NCBI GenBank assembly: GCA_963830945.1
Contig: CAWHOH010000021.1
Location: forward strand, 82,606-146,605
DNA: 64,000 bases
DNA from: an uncultured Actinomycetota bacterium
Lineage (GTDB): Bacteria; Actinomycetota; Thermoleophilia; Solirubrobacterales; Solirubrobacteraceae
Reading direction: 5' to 3'
This document shows positions 25,201 through 36,058 of the stretch, in pieces. The notes beneath the pieces were generated by a model, which did not search any database, was not told the DNA's origin, and was given only the letters and a program-made list of their open reading frames with translations. How positions within the stretch are numbered: the stretch's first letter is position 1; each line of letters opens with the position of its first letter. The position numbers were made by a program, and so were the translations under genes.

Positions 25201-28200
25201 ACACCGCCGTTCCGCAGATCAACGGCACCATCCAGCGCGGGTTCACCGTGACCGCGGCGGTCGGGGACGTGGGCCGGGATCGGCAACGGCTACTCCTACC
25301 AGTGGCAGCGCTCGGCCGACGGCGTCTCGTGGACGAACATCTCCGCGGCGACCACCTCCCTCTATGTCGTGGACAAGGCCGATGAGGGCGATCGCCTGCG
25401 GGTGATGGTGACCGTCACGAACCCCGACGGGACCGCCGCGTCACCGAGCGCAGCGACGATCGTCGTTCCCGTCACCCCGCCGGTGGCCACGACGGTTCCC
25501 TCGTTCACCGGCACCGCCCAGCGGGGCAACGTGTTGACGGCCAGCCAGGGCACCTGGAGCGCGATGGGCAATGCCTACACCTACCAGTGGCAGCGCTCCG
25601 CCGACGGGACCACGTGGACCGACATCACGGGTGCCACTGGCCTCACGTACACGGCGCAGACCGCCGACGAGGCCGGCTTCGTGCGCTTCACGGTGTCGGC
25701 GACCAACCCCGACGGCGCGACCACCTCATCCAGCACGCCCACGAGCGTCGTCCTCGCCACCCCGCCGGTCAACACCTCGGTCCCGACGATCGTCGGCACG
25801 CCGGCGCGCAGCGCGAACATCAGCGCGACCGTGGGGGTGTGGAGCGGCATCGGCAACGCCTACACCGTCCAGTGGCAGCGCTCCGCCAACGGCACGACGT
25901 GGACGAACATCGCCGGCGCCACCGGGTTCAGCTACTTGATCGCCGTCGCCGACGAGGGGTCGGCGATCCGTGCGCTGATCACCGCGGTCAATCCCGACGG
26001 CACCGCGTCCAGGGCGTCGGCCGCCACGCAGACCATCTCCTCAGCGCCGCCGGTCGCGGTCAACAGTCCCGTGATCACCGGCGCCCCGCTCCGCGGGGAC
26101 ATGCTCAACTCGACCCAGGGCACCTGGACCGGGATCGGCAACGCCTACTCCGACCAGTGGCAGCGCTCGACCGACGGCGGCACGACGTGGACCAACATCA
26201 CCGGCGCCACCGCCGACAGCTACACGTTGACCACCGGCGACGTGGGCGCCGTGGTGCGCCTGCTCATCACCGCGGTCAACCCCGACGCCACCGTCTCGGC
26301 GCCCAGCAACGTGACCATGACGGTGGTCGCGACGCCGCCGGTCAGCACCGCTCCGCCGGGCATCGCCGGCGCACCGCAGCGCGGGCTGATCCTCACCTCG
26401 GCCGTGGGGACGTGGAACGGCATCGGCGACCTCTTCACCTTCCAGTGGCAGCGCTCGGCCGACGGCACCACGTGGACGAACATCACCGGCGCCACCGGTG
26501 CCTCCTACCAGCTGGCGCCCGCCGATGAGGGCGACGTGGTGCGCATCCTCGTCACCGGCGCCAACGCCGACGGGACCGGCTCGGCGGCGAGTCCCCCGAG
26601 CGCGACGGTCGCCGCCACGCCCCCCGTCAACACGGTGCCCCAGGTGATCACCGGGTCCGCGCAGCGCGGCCAGACGCTGCTCTCCAGCGCCGGCACGTGG
26701 CTGGGCATCGGCAACAGCTACGCCTACCAGTGGCAGCACTCCGCCGACGGCGGCACGACATGGACCAACGTCGGCGGCGCCACCACCGCGACCTATCCGC
26801 TGGGCACGACCGACGAGAACACCCAGCTGCGCGTCGTCATCACCGCCACCAACCTCGACGGGACCAGCACCGTCACCAGCGCCCCCACCGCGACCGTCCC
26901 CAGCGCCGCGCCGGTCAACACCACGGCCCCGAACGTCACCGGCACGTCCCGCCGTGGCTTCATCCTCACCGCCACCCCGGGCACGTGGAGCGGGATCGGC
27001 AACACGCTGGCCTACCAGTGGCAGCGCTCCACCGACAATGGCAACACGTGGTCGAGCATCGCGGGCGCCACCTCCACCACCTATGCCCTGGGCGTGGGCG
27101 ACGAGGGCGCGATCATCCGCATCCTCGTCACCGTGTCCAACCCCGACGCCACGGTCAGCGCCCCCAGCAACCCCACCGCGTCCGTGGGCACCTCGCCGCC
27201 GTCCAACAACAGCCTCCCGACGATCCGCGGCATCGCGCAGCGCGGCAACACGCTGTCCTCCACCACCGGGGCGTGGGCGGGCACCGGCAACACCTTCACG
27301 CTGCAGTGGCAGCGCTCGGCCGACAGCGGCACCACGTGGACGAACATCACCGGCGCCACCGGTGCCATCTACACGATGCAGGCGCCCGACGAGGGTGACG
27401 TGCTGCGCCTGGTGGTCACCGCCGCCAATCCCGACGGGAGCGCCACCGCCGCCAGCCCGGCGTCGGCGACTGTGCTCGCGTCCCCGCCGGTCAACACCGC
27501 GCCGCCGGTGGTCTCCGGCACTCCGCAGCGGACGGCGACCCTCAACGCCACCTCGGGCTCCTGGAACGGCGCTGGCGTCACCGTCGGCTACCAGTGGCAG
27601 CGCTCGGCCGACAGCGGCACCACGTGGACCGACATCGCCGCGGCGACGCGGGCCGCCTACACCGTGGCCGCCGCCGACGAAGGCGACGTGATCCGCGCGC
27701 TGGTGACCGCCACCAACGCCGACGGCAGCGTCGCCGCGGGCAGCGCCCCCTCGCCGGTCATCCAGGCCGACTCGCCGGTCAACGTGGCCGTCCCGGTCGT
27801 CCTCGGCACCCCGAGCCTCGGCGCGACCCTGTCCACCGACAACGGCAGCTGGACCCCCGTCGGCGACAACCTCACCTACACCTACGTCTGGCAGCGCGGC
27901 GACGCCGTCAACGGCTACACCAACATCACGGGCGCCACCGGGGCGACCTACACCACGGTCGCCGCCGATGCCGGCAAGAGCATCAGGGTGGTCGTCAGCG
28001 CGACCAACGTGGACGGCTCCCTCAGTGCCACCAGCGCCGCCACCGCGGCCGTCCAGCCGCCGCCGGTGAACTCGACCGCCCCGGCGGCGCCCTCGGGCAC
28101 CTACCTGAACGGCTACGTCCTCACCCCTGACAACGGCACCTGGAACGGCCCCGCCACCTACAACTACGCCTGGCTGCGCTGCCCCGGCAACGCGACCGGC

Positions 28201-29853
28201 GTGACGGCGGCCTGCGACCAGGTCTCCACGCGGGCCACCTATGCCCTCACGGTGCCCGACATCGGCACCAAGCTCGCGGTCATCGTCACGGCGACCACGA
28301 TCGGCGGCTCCACCTCCGCCACCAGCCCCCTGACGCCCGCCATCGCCGGCCAGCCACTGACCCAGGTCACGCCGCCCAGCATCTCGGGTAACCCCCAGCC
28401 GCCCAACACCATGTACGCCAACCCCGGGTCCTGGAGCGTCACGCTCACCGGGGTGGACTATGACTGGGATCGCTGCGACGCCGACGGCATCTCCAACTGC
28501 ACGCTGGTCGCCGCCGACACCGCGCACTACACGCTGAGCGCGCCCGACGACGGCCACACCATCGTCGTCATCGCCAACGTCTCCTCGCCTGGCCGCGTGG
28601 CGATGGCTCAGAGCGCCCCGCTCGTCGTCCAGGACCAGCCGCTGCCCCAGGCCACCGTGCTGCCGACCGTGAGCGGCACCACCATGCGCACCGACGTGAT
28701 GGGCGCCACCGGCGGCGTGTGGACCAACAGCCCGCGGACGCTCGCCTACCAGTGGGAGCGTTGCAACGCGTCCGGTCACAACTGCCTGGCGATCCCCGGC
28801 GCCACCCAGCCGACCTACCAGCTCACCAACATCGACGAGGGCTCCACCATCACCGTCGCGGTGAGCGCGACCAACACGTCGGGGACCACCACGGCGACGG
28901 CCGCCCCCTCAGGTGTCGTCACCGCGCTGCCGCCGGTGTCCACCGGCCGGCCCGCGCTCAGCACCCTGGGCGTGCAGCAGAGCGTGCCGGTGTCGGTCAC
29001 CAACGGCACCTGGCAGGGAACCGGGCCCTCCACATACACGACGGTGTGGCAGCGCTGCAACAGCTCCGGCGCCGCGTGCGCCCCCATCAGCGGCGCCACC
29101 GCGGCCAGCTACACGCCGACGGCGGCGGACGTCGGCCACGCGCTCGTCGTCGTCGTCACCGCCACCAACGTCGACGGCTCCGTCGCCTCCGCCTCTACGG
29201 CCTCCGACGTCGTACTGCCCGCCGCGCCGCGCTGGCGCGACCTCCCGGTGCTGAGCGCCAACAACGGTTACGTCGGCGGGGTGCTCAGTGTCACCGACGG
29301 GGTCTTCACCGGGCCGGCGGTCACCTCCCACGTCACCCAGATCATGCGCTGCACCAACGTCTGCACCGCGATCAGCTCCGCCGCCAGCTACACGATCGTC
29401 AACGCCGACATCGGCGCCATCCTGCGCGTACGCGAGACCGCGTCCAACGCCGGCGGGACCGTCCTGCTGTGGTCGGCCCAGTACGTCGGACCGGTGGCCT
29501 CCTCGGCGTCGGCCTCCGCCGTCCTGGGGATCGGGCAGGCGGTGCTGCGCAACAAGGACGGCGACCCCCTGGCCACCGCGCAGCTCAGCGCCGGCGCCAA
29601 CGTGTCCGCCGACGCGCTCGTCGTCCACACCACCCGGAAGTCCTCCGCGGCGAGGCGGGTCATCACCGTCCGCCGTGTCGCGAAGGTTCGCGGCCCGCTG
29701 CGCGCCTGGGTCTGCGCCGCCACCATCGCCCGCGGCAGCGCCCCGGCGGCCTGCACGCGCCAGGTGACGATCCGCGGCGGCTCGGCGAAGCTGAAGCTCC
29801 CAGCGACGATCAGCGGCAAGGTCCGGGTCGTCGTGGTTCGCCGCGGGCGCTAG
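22269..29853 (+). CDS. Giant secreted S53 (sedolisin-like) peptidase with an FN3-like domain and ~19 tandem Ig-like repeats (~2,500 aa, four apparent frameshifts)
   Basis: Signal peptide; WEAEISLDLD, ATGDHG, RSYADVSA, GGTSLATP; FN3-like YYWQYG...YHYRLVATN; repeats PVNT.PP.I.G....G..L....GTW...Y.YQWQRS.DG.TW..I.GAT...Y....ADEG..IR..VTA.N.DG. Frames join near 23149, 23645, 23961 and 25268. Confidence 0.85.
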
Positions 29854-29975
29854 ACCGCCGCCCATCTCCGGGTTAATCCGGAGGCCATCCCGGGGCTTTG
29901 CCTATTGCCTGTACGCGTCCCGTGCGGGACGATGCCGCCCGTGTCACGTGGACTTGACACCCTGGGGGTCGTGAG

Positions 29976-31016
29976 ATGAGCGCCACCAGCGCGTCATCGC
30001 AGCTGACGGCGGCGTCGGCTCGCACCGAGCCGGAGTGGTACCTCGGTGGCGTGGCGGCGGCCGTCGCGGTCAGGACCCGGATCCCGGCGGGACTGCTGCG
30101 CTTTCTCATCGTCTGCGTCTCGGCCAAGCACTTCTGGGCGGCGCTGGGCATCTACGGCGCGGCGGCGCTTGTCGTCCCGCACCAGGGGCGTTGGCTGCCC
30201 GGCTGGCTCAACCTCGTCGGGGCCAGGCGCGCCGCGATCCTCGCCGGGACCCTCTGGCTCATCCCGGTCGGGTGGGACACCCAGGGCGTGATGGGCGGTG
30301 GTCCCGCGCTGTGGGTTCCGGTCGGCGGAGCCGCGCTCGCGGCCATCCTGATGCTGCTCAGCGAACCGCGGGTGGATCCGCTGACCCGCTCGGCGGAGGA
30401 GGATCGCCGCACCGCGCTGTCCACGCTCCCCGCGCTCATCGTCGCCGTGGTCGTCGCCGGCGGGGTCACGTTCCTGCCCGGGCTGCGGTCAGAGCTCGTG
30501 CTCGCATTGGGGCTGGGTGCCGCCGGCGTGGCCGTCGCCGTCCTCGGCCCGCGGATCAGCCTGAGTGCTGCCATCGTGCCGTTGACGCTCCTGGGGCTGA
30601 CGGCGGTGCTGCTCATCGCGTCGGGCGCCCGTCTGCAGGGCGGCGTCGGTGACCTGCGCGTGGCGCCGCGGGCCGCCGACGCACTCGCATCGGTGTACCG
30701 CCGCGCCACCGGCGAGCTGACGCTCGATCTCCGGGACATCCGCTCGACCGCCGGCCGGACGCGGACGGTGACGGCGACGGTCGGCGTCGGCCGCATCCGG
30801 ATCCTGCTGCCCGCCGGGGCGCGTGGCACGCTCGACCTCCGCATTGGCGAGGGCATGGCCGATGGCCTCTCTTCGGCGGGCGACGGTGTGTTCATCCGTC
30901 ACGTGGGCATCATGAAGACCTACGGCCAGCCGTCGCGCGTGCGCTACCGGATCATCGCCGCCGTCGGGAAGGGCTGCGTGATCGTCCTCGAGCCCGGAGC
31001 CAGTGGTTCGTGCTGA
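29976..31016 (+). CDS. PspC-like / LiaF-like membrane protein
   Basis: N-terminal YLGGVAAAVA...LLRFL...IY.AAALVVP (PspC-like), many TM helices, C-terminal GELTLDLR..VGVGRIRILLP (LiaF-like). Confidence 0.7.
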   Translation: MSATSASSQLTAASARTEPEWYLGGVAAAVAVRTRIPAGLLRFLIVCVSAKHFWAALGIYGAAALVVPHQGRWLPGWLNLVGARRAAILAGTLWLIPVGWDTQGVMGGGPALWVPVGGAALAAILMLLSEPRVDPLTRSAEEDRRTALSTLPALIVAVVVAGGVTFLPGLRSELVLALGLGAAGVAVAVLGPRISLSAAIVPLTLLGLTAVLLIASGARLQGGVGDLRVAPRAADALASVYRRATGELTLDLRDIRSTAGRTRTVTATVGVGRIRILLPAGARGTLDLRIGEGMADGLSSAGDGVFIRHVGIMKTYGQPSRVRYRIIAAVGKGCVIVLEPGASGSC

Positions 31017-32302
31017 CCTCAGTTCCGCGTCGACCGCATGTCCTCGCCGGCACCGCGGTGGCGCTCCTCGGCGCGGGCGCCTTCGCCGCCGCGCTCGGCG
31101 GGCGACCGCCATCGCGGGCAGTCGCGGTCGCCGCCGTGACCGCCCTGGCCGGGGTCACTCTCCTCGCCCTCGCCGGGCCGACGTCCGGGGATGGCCTGTA
31201 CGCCGGGGTCATCGATCGGCTCAGCCCCGGACGTGGGTGGGCCTGGGCGCTGCGCGCCGTGGTGGTGCTGACCGCTCCGCTGGCCGGCGCCGGGGTGGTG
31301 GCATACGCCACGGCCGCGCTCGTGCTCACCCTCAGCTCGCCCCTCGTCCCCAACCCGCCACTGGACTGGGGGCGAACCACCGGCACCGGGCTCCTGGGGC
31401 TGGCCGCCGTCCTCGCTGCCGACGCCCTGGGGCTGACGCTCGCCGGCCCGGTCCTGCTCTGGACGCTCCTGCTCATCGCATCGGGACTGGCCCTGTTCTG
31501 GGGCGCGGCCGGCGTCCGTTATCTCGAGGGCGAGGCCGGTCTGGCCGATCACACCGCCGTGCGGACGGGCCTGGGCCTCGTGCTCGCGCTCGGCGGCGTG
31601 CTCTACGTGCTCAACCGGACGCTGCACCTGCGCCATGTCGGACCTACCGTCGCCGGAACGTCGGTGTCGCTCGCCGTGCTGGCGCTCGTGGCCGGGCCGT
31701 GGTGGCTGCGCACGCGGCGCCTGCTCGCGGCCGAGCGCATCGACCGCGCGCGGGCGCAGGAGCGCGCCGAGATGGCCGACCACCTCCACGACTCCGTGCT
31801 CCAGACACTGGCGCTGATCCGGCGCCGCGCCGATGATCCGGCCGTGGTGGCGTCGCTGGCGCACCGCCAGGAGCGCGACCTGCGCGACTGGCTGCTGGGG
31901 CGGCGGCCCAGCCTCGATGCCGCCGCCTTCGCCGACGCGCTGCGCGCGGTCGCCGCCGAGGTGGAGGACGCGCATGGGATCGAGCTCGAGTTGGTGATCG
32001 TCGGAGACGCCCGGGTCGGCGACGGGGCACAGGCGCTGCTGGCGGCGACGCGCGAGGCGCTCGTCAACGCCGCCCGGCACGCCGCGGGAGCCGAGGTGTC
32101 GGTGTACGCCCGGGCCGCGTCCGATCGCATCAGCGTCTACGTCCGCGATCGCGGGCCGGGCTTTGACCCGGGGGCGGTGCCCGCCGAGCGCCGCGGGATC
32201 CGCGAGTCGATCGAGGGCCGCATGAGGCGCCACGGCGGCACCGCGGAGGTTCGCTCCGAGCCCGGCGGCGGCTGCGAGGTGATCCTGTCGGTGTCGCGAT
32301 GA
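31010..32302 (+). CDS. Membrane sensor histidine kinase (NarX/LiaS type)
   Basis: ERAEMADHLHDSVLQTL, REALVNAARHA, DRGPGF, GIRESI.GRM. Confidence 0.9.
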   Translation: MLTSVPRRPHVLAGTAVALLGAGAFAAALGGRPPSRAVAVAAVTALAGVTLLALAGPTSGDGLYAGVIDRLSPGRGWAWALRAVVVLTAPLAGAGVVAYATAALVLTLSSPLVPNPPLDWGRTTGTGLLGLAAVLAADALGLTLAGPVLLWTLLLIASGLALFWGAAGVRYLEGEAGLADHTAVRTGLGLVLALGGVLYVLNRTLHLRHVGPTVAGTSVSLAVLALVAGPWWLRTRRLLAAERIDRARAQERAEMADHLHDSVLQTLALIRRRADDPAVVASLAHRQERDLRDWLLGRRPSLDAAAFADALRAVAAEVEDAHGIELELVIVGDARVGDGAQALLAATREALVNAARHAAGAEVSVYARAASDRISVYVRDRGPGFDPGAVPAERRGIRESIEGRMRRHGGTAEVRSEPGGGCEVILSVSR

Positions 32303-32949
32303 ACCCGCGCGTGGTGATCGTCGACGATCACACCCTGTTTCGCTCGGGGGTGCGCACCGAGCTGGCGGGGCTCGTCGACATCGTCGGCGAGGCGGGCACG
32401 GTGGCCGCCGCCATCGAGACGATCCGTGATGCGCGCCCCGACGTCGTCCTGCTCGACGTCCATATGCCCGACGGCGGTGGTGCCGCCGTCATCCGGGGCG
32501 TCGGTGACGACGCGCCGGACACCCGCTTTCTGGGACTGTCGGTGTCCGACGCGCCCGAGGACGTCATCGAGCTCATCCGAGCCGGGGCCCGCGGCTACGT
32601 GACCAAGACGATCTCACCCGCCGAGCTCGCCGACGCGGTGAGACGGGTCGCCGCCGGGGAGGTCGTGCTCTCACCGCGGCTGGCCGGGTTCGTGCTCGAC
32701 GTGTTCGCCGGCGAGCCCGCGGTGCCGGCCGGCCGCACGCCCGACCCCGAGCTCGACCAGCTCACCCCGCGTGAGGTCGAGGTCCTCGAGCTCATCGCCC
32801 GCGGCTATCGCTACAAGGAGGTGGCCCACAAGCTCGGCATCTCGACGAGGACGATCGAGACCCACGTGTCGACCGTCCTGCGCAAGCTGCATCTGTCCAA
32901 TCGCCACCAGCTGGCGCGGTGGGCGGCTCAGCGCCGGCTCGTCGACTGA
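32299..32949 (+). CDS. NarL/LuxR response regulator
   Basis: VDDH, LLDVHMP, LTPREVEVL, TIETHVS.VLRKL. Confidence 0.95.
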   Translation: MNPRVVIVDDHTLFRSGVRTELAGLVDIVGEAGTVAAAIETIRDARPDVVLLDVHMPDGGGAAVIRGVGDDAPDTRFLGLSVSDAPEDVIELIRAGARGYVTKTISPAELADAVRRVAAGEVVLSPRLAGFVLDVFAGEPAVPAGRTPDPELDQLTPREVEVLELIARGYRYKEVAHKLGISTRTIETHVSTVLRKLHLSNRHQLARWAAQRRLVD

Positions 32950-32988
32950 GCCGCGGTGGGCGGCTCAGTGCCGGCTCGTCGACTGAGC
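32915..32988. repeat. 37-bp tandem duplication at the junction of two convergent genes
   Basis: CGCGGTGGGCGGCTCAGYGCCGGCTCGTCGACTGAGC x2, one mismatch. Confidence 0.9.
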
Positions 32989-33408
32989 GGCCAGACCCAT
33001 CTTGATCGCGACCAGCCGGTCGTTGACCGTCTTCATCTGCGCGGCGGTCAACACGCCGTCGTCCACCAGTTGCTTGGGGTTGATCGAGCCCGACTCGATG
33101 CCCGCATCCAGCGTGCGGGCCTGGGTCGCGTTGATCGTGCCGGCCTGTTGCAGCTGCGCGATGGCGGCAGGGAACTCTGACGGCACGGTGCCCGTATGCG
33201 CGCCCGCTGCCGTGCCGGCGGTGGCGGGCGCCGCGACGTTTGCGCGCGCGCTCTTGCTCGCGAGACACGGTCCGGCGTTCTGCCCTCCGGCGGCGACCGC
33301 GGACGGCACGACGATCGCCGCCGCCACGGCCAGCCCGGTCACGGCGCCGATCGCCGGCGCGCGCCACCGGCGCGCAGATGACGGGGACTGCGGTTGAGAA
33401 GCTGACAT
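32965..33408 (-). CDS. Small exported hypothetical protein
   Basis: RRWR plus a hydrophobic signal; QLQQAGTINATQA / QLVDDGVLTAAQM internal repeat; RBS GGAGG. Confidence 0.7.
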   Translation of the reverse strand: MSASQPQSPSSARRWRAPAIGAVTGLAVAAAIVVPSAVAAGGQNAGPCLASKSARANVAAPATAGTAAGAHTGTVPSEFPAAIAQLQQAGTINATQARTLDAGIESGSINPKQLVDDGVLTAAQMKTVNDRLVAIKMGLAAQSTSRH

Positions 33409-33474
33409 GCGTCCCTCCGGGATGTACGGGGGCGGCGCCGATCGCCGCCCGGCCCGTCCAGCATCGGAGCCGGT

Positions 33475-33520
33475 GCTGAAATCGCGCTGAAGCCAGGCCT
33501 TTCTTCAGCCGATCTTCAGC
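33475..33520. promoter_or_regulatory. Two oppositely oriented OmpR-type direct-repeat boxes
   Basis: GCTGAA-N5-GCTGAA (33475-33491) and TTCAGC-N5-TTCAGC (33504-33520), 11-bp period, between divergent genes. Confidence 0.65.
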
Positions 33521-33545
33521 CGGCGGGCGGGAGAATGCGCTCATC

Positions 33546-34214
33546 GTGAACGAAGCGCTCGGACGTGTGGTCGTGGTGGAGGACGAGGCCGCGGTGCGTG
33601 AGGCGGTCCTCGCCGGCCTGCGGCAGGAGGGGTTTGCCGCCAGCGGCTTCGCCGACGCCGTGGACCCCGACGCGATTCTGGCCTGCGCGCCGGACCTGGC
33701 CGTCCTGGACGTGCGGCTGCCCAGCGACAGCGGGTTCGCCCTGGCCCGGCGCCTGCACGCCCGCAGCGAGGTCTCGATCATCTTCCTCACTGCGCGTGAC
33801 ACTGTCGCGGACCGCGTGGAGGGCCTCGAGCTCGGGGCCGACGACTACGTGGTCAAGCCGTTCGCGCTCGAGGAGCTGCTCGCGCGGATCCGGGCGGTGC
33901 TGCGGAGGTCCGGGCGCCTCTCGGCGGTGCTCGAGGTGGAGGATCTGCTCGTCGACGAGCCCGGCGGGCGGGCCACGCGCCGGGGGCAGGACATCCCCCT
34001 GACGGCCACCGAGCTGCGGCTGCTCGCCTTCCTGGTCCGCCACCGCGGCCAGGCGCTGTCCAAGGATCAGCTCCTCACCCAGGTGTGGGGGTATGACGCC
34101 TATGACCCCAACCTCGTCGAGGTCCACGTCAGCGCGCTGCGGCGCAAGCTCGAGCGGGCGGGGCCGCGGGTGATCCACACCGTGCGCGGCATCGGCTACC
34201 GGTTCGCGGTGTGA
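33546..34214 (+). CDS. OmpR-family response regulator
   Basis: VEDE, VLDVRLP, FLTARD, GADDYVVKPF, VEVHVSALRRKL, TVRGIGY. Confidence 0.95.
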   Translation: MNEALGRVVVVEDEAAVREAVLAGLRQEGFAASGFADAVDPDAILACAPDLAVLDVRLPSDSGFALARRLHARSEVSIIFLTARDTVADRVEGLELGADDYVVKPFALEELLARIRAVLRRSGRLSAVLEVEDLLVDEPGGRATRRGQDIPLTATELRLLAFLVRHRGQALSKDQLLTQVWGYDAYDPNLVEVHVSALRRKLERAGPRVIHTVRGIGYRFAV

Positions 34215-35533
34215 GGACGGGCTCGCTCACGCGTCGCACCGTCGTCGCGACCCTGGGGGTGCTCGTGCTGGCGCTCGGCGGGTTCGCCACCCTGATCACG
34301 GTGCGCTACCGCGATGGGCTGCGCGCCCGGGCCCGCAGCCAGCTCCTGGCCGGCGCCGCGGCGCTGCAAAAGCCGCCCGGCGGGCAGATCAAGGCGCAGA
34401 TCGCGTCGCTGGCCCTGGAGGGCATCGATGCCGCCCTGCACATCGGGGGCGTCCCCAACAAGGCCGGCGCCGCTTTGCAGGCTCCGCTCAAGCCCGGCGT
34501 GCTCTCGACCTCGGGGGACCTGCTCACCTACACCGAGCCGATCCAGATCGGCGACGCCACCGGCACCGCGACGCTGTCCACGAGCGAGGCGTACGTCAAC
34601 AGCTCCGTCGATCGGCTCATCGTCATCGAGCTGCTCGCGGCCGCAGCCGTCCTGGTGGTGGCCAGCGTGCTCACGCTCCTCGCCCTGCGCTCGGCGCTCG
34701 GACCGCTGCGGCACGTCGCCGCCGTGGCCCAGCGGATCGCGTCGGGCGATCACCGGCAGCGACTGCTCCCGCGCCGGCGCGACACAGAGCTGGGACGGAT
34801 GGCCGCATCGTTTGACGCGATGGTCGACTCCCTGGAGGAGGCGGTCGCCCAGGCCACGCACTCCGAGGCCGCGATGCGCCGCTTCCTCGCCGACGCCTCC
34901 CACGAGCTGCGCTCGCCGGTCGCGGCGCTCCAGGCCACCGCCGAGACGCTGCTGCGCGAGCAGCCCGATCGGCCCCGGCGCGATCAGCTCGAGGCCGAGC
35001 TTGCGCGCGGCACCCAGCGGCTGGGCCGGCTCGTCGACGACCTGCTCAATCTCGCACGCCTTCAGGCCAACGAGCCACTGCGCACCCAAGCGGTCGACCT
35101 CACGCAGGTCAGCGAGTCGCTGGTGGGCGAGACGCGGGGGCGCACGCCCGCCCACATCTCGGTGCAGCACCCGGGGCCGGCCCTGGTGACCGGCGATCCC
35201 GAAGCGCTCACCCGTGCGCTGCGCAACCTCCTCGACAACGCGGTGCAGGCGGGCGGGGACGACGGCCGGATCCTGGTGAAGCTCCAGCGGTCGCCGACCC
35301 ACGTCCGCGCCACGGTGTCAGACAACGGTCCCGGCGTGCCCGCCGACGAGCGCGAGCGGATCTTCGAGGGCTTCGTCCGCCTCAACGGCAGCTCCGCCGC
35401 CGGTACGGGACTCGGTCTCGCCATCGTGCGGGCGATCGCCCGCCAGCATCACGGCAGCGTCACCTGTGACGATTGCGACACCGGCGCACACTTCACGCTG
35501 GAGCTGCCGGCCGCGGACGCCTCCGTCGCTTGA
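34211..35533 (+). CDS. HAMP sensor histidine kinase
   Basis: FLADASHELRSP, NLLDNA, DNGPG, GTGLGL. Confidence 0.95.
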   Translation: MRTGSLTRRTVVATLGVLVLALGGFATLITVRYRDGLRARARSQLLAGAAALQKPPGGQIKAQIASLALEGIDAALHIGGVPNKAGAALQAPLKPGVLSTSGDLLTYTEPIQIGDATGTATLSTSEAYVNSSVDRLIVIELLAAAAVLVVASVLTLLALRSALGPLRHVAAVAQRIASGDHRQRLLPRRRDTELGRMAASFDAMVDSLEEAVAQATHSEAAMRRFLADASHELRSPVAALQATAETLLREQPDRPRRDQLEAELARGTQRLGRLVDDLLNLARLQANEPLRTQAVDLTQVSESLVGETRGRTPAHISVQHPGPALVTGDPEALTRALRNLLDNAVQAGGDDGRILVKLQRSPTHVRATVSDNGPGVPADERERIFEGFVRLNGSSAAGTGLGLAIVRAIARQHHGSVTCDDCDTGAHFTLELPAADASVA

Positions 35534-35572
35534 GTCCGCGGCCATCTGCGCCGCCTCGATGGAGCGGGCCCG

Positions 35573-36058
35573 CTAGTCCAGCGAGGCGACGATCTCCTCG
35601 AGCAGGTCCAGCGCATCCTGGAGGCCGTCCTCCATCCCGGACTGCACGTGGGCGTCCCGGTGCTCCTGGCGCTCGTGATCGACGAGCATGGTGAGGGTGG
35701 TGCGCCCGTCTGCCTCGGTGAACGTCTCGGTGCTCAGCGCGCCCGCGTCGGGGAACGCCTCGTAGATCTCGGTACGGACGATCCGCTCGTTGTCGACGAT
35801 CTCGCGGAACTCGCCGTGGAAGGCGACCTCGAAGTCCCCGTGGGCGATCATCGCGTAGCGCCACCGCCCCCCGACCCGCAGGTCGATCTCGGCCACCGTC
35901 ACCTCGCCACGGCACGCGCTCCACCACTGCTTGATGTGCTCCGGCGTCGTCCACGCCTGGTAGACAAGATGCCGCGGAGCGTCGAACTCCCGTGTGATGA
36001 GGATCTGCGTGTCGGTGGGCAGGGTCACCATCGCGGAATGCTTAGCCGTTGCCGCCAT
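35573..36058 (-). CDS. SRPBCC/AHSA1 family protein
   Basis: ITREFDAPRHLVY.AWTTPE, DLRVGGRWR, SGMEDG. Confidence 0.92.
   Translation of the reverse strand: MAATAKHSAMVTLPTDTQILITREFDAPRHLVYQAWTTPEHIKQWWSACRGEVTVAEIDLRVGGRWRYAMIAHGDFEVAFHGEFREIVDNERIVRTEIYEAFPDAGALSTETFTEADGRTTLTMLVDHERQEHRDAHVQSGMEDGLQDALDLLEEIVASLD

Noticed and set aside
22269-25400. Programmed frameshifting or phase variation in the giant protease gene
   Set aside because: No slippery heptamers or long homopolymer tracts at the junctions, and neighbouring unrelated genes show the same indel density
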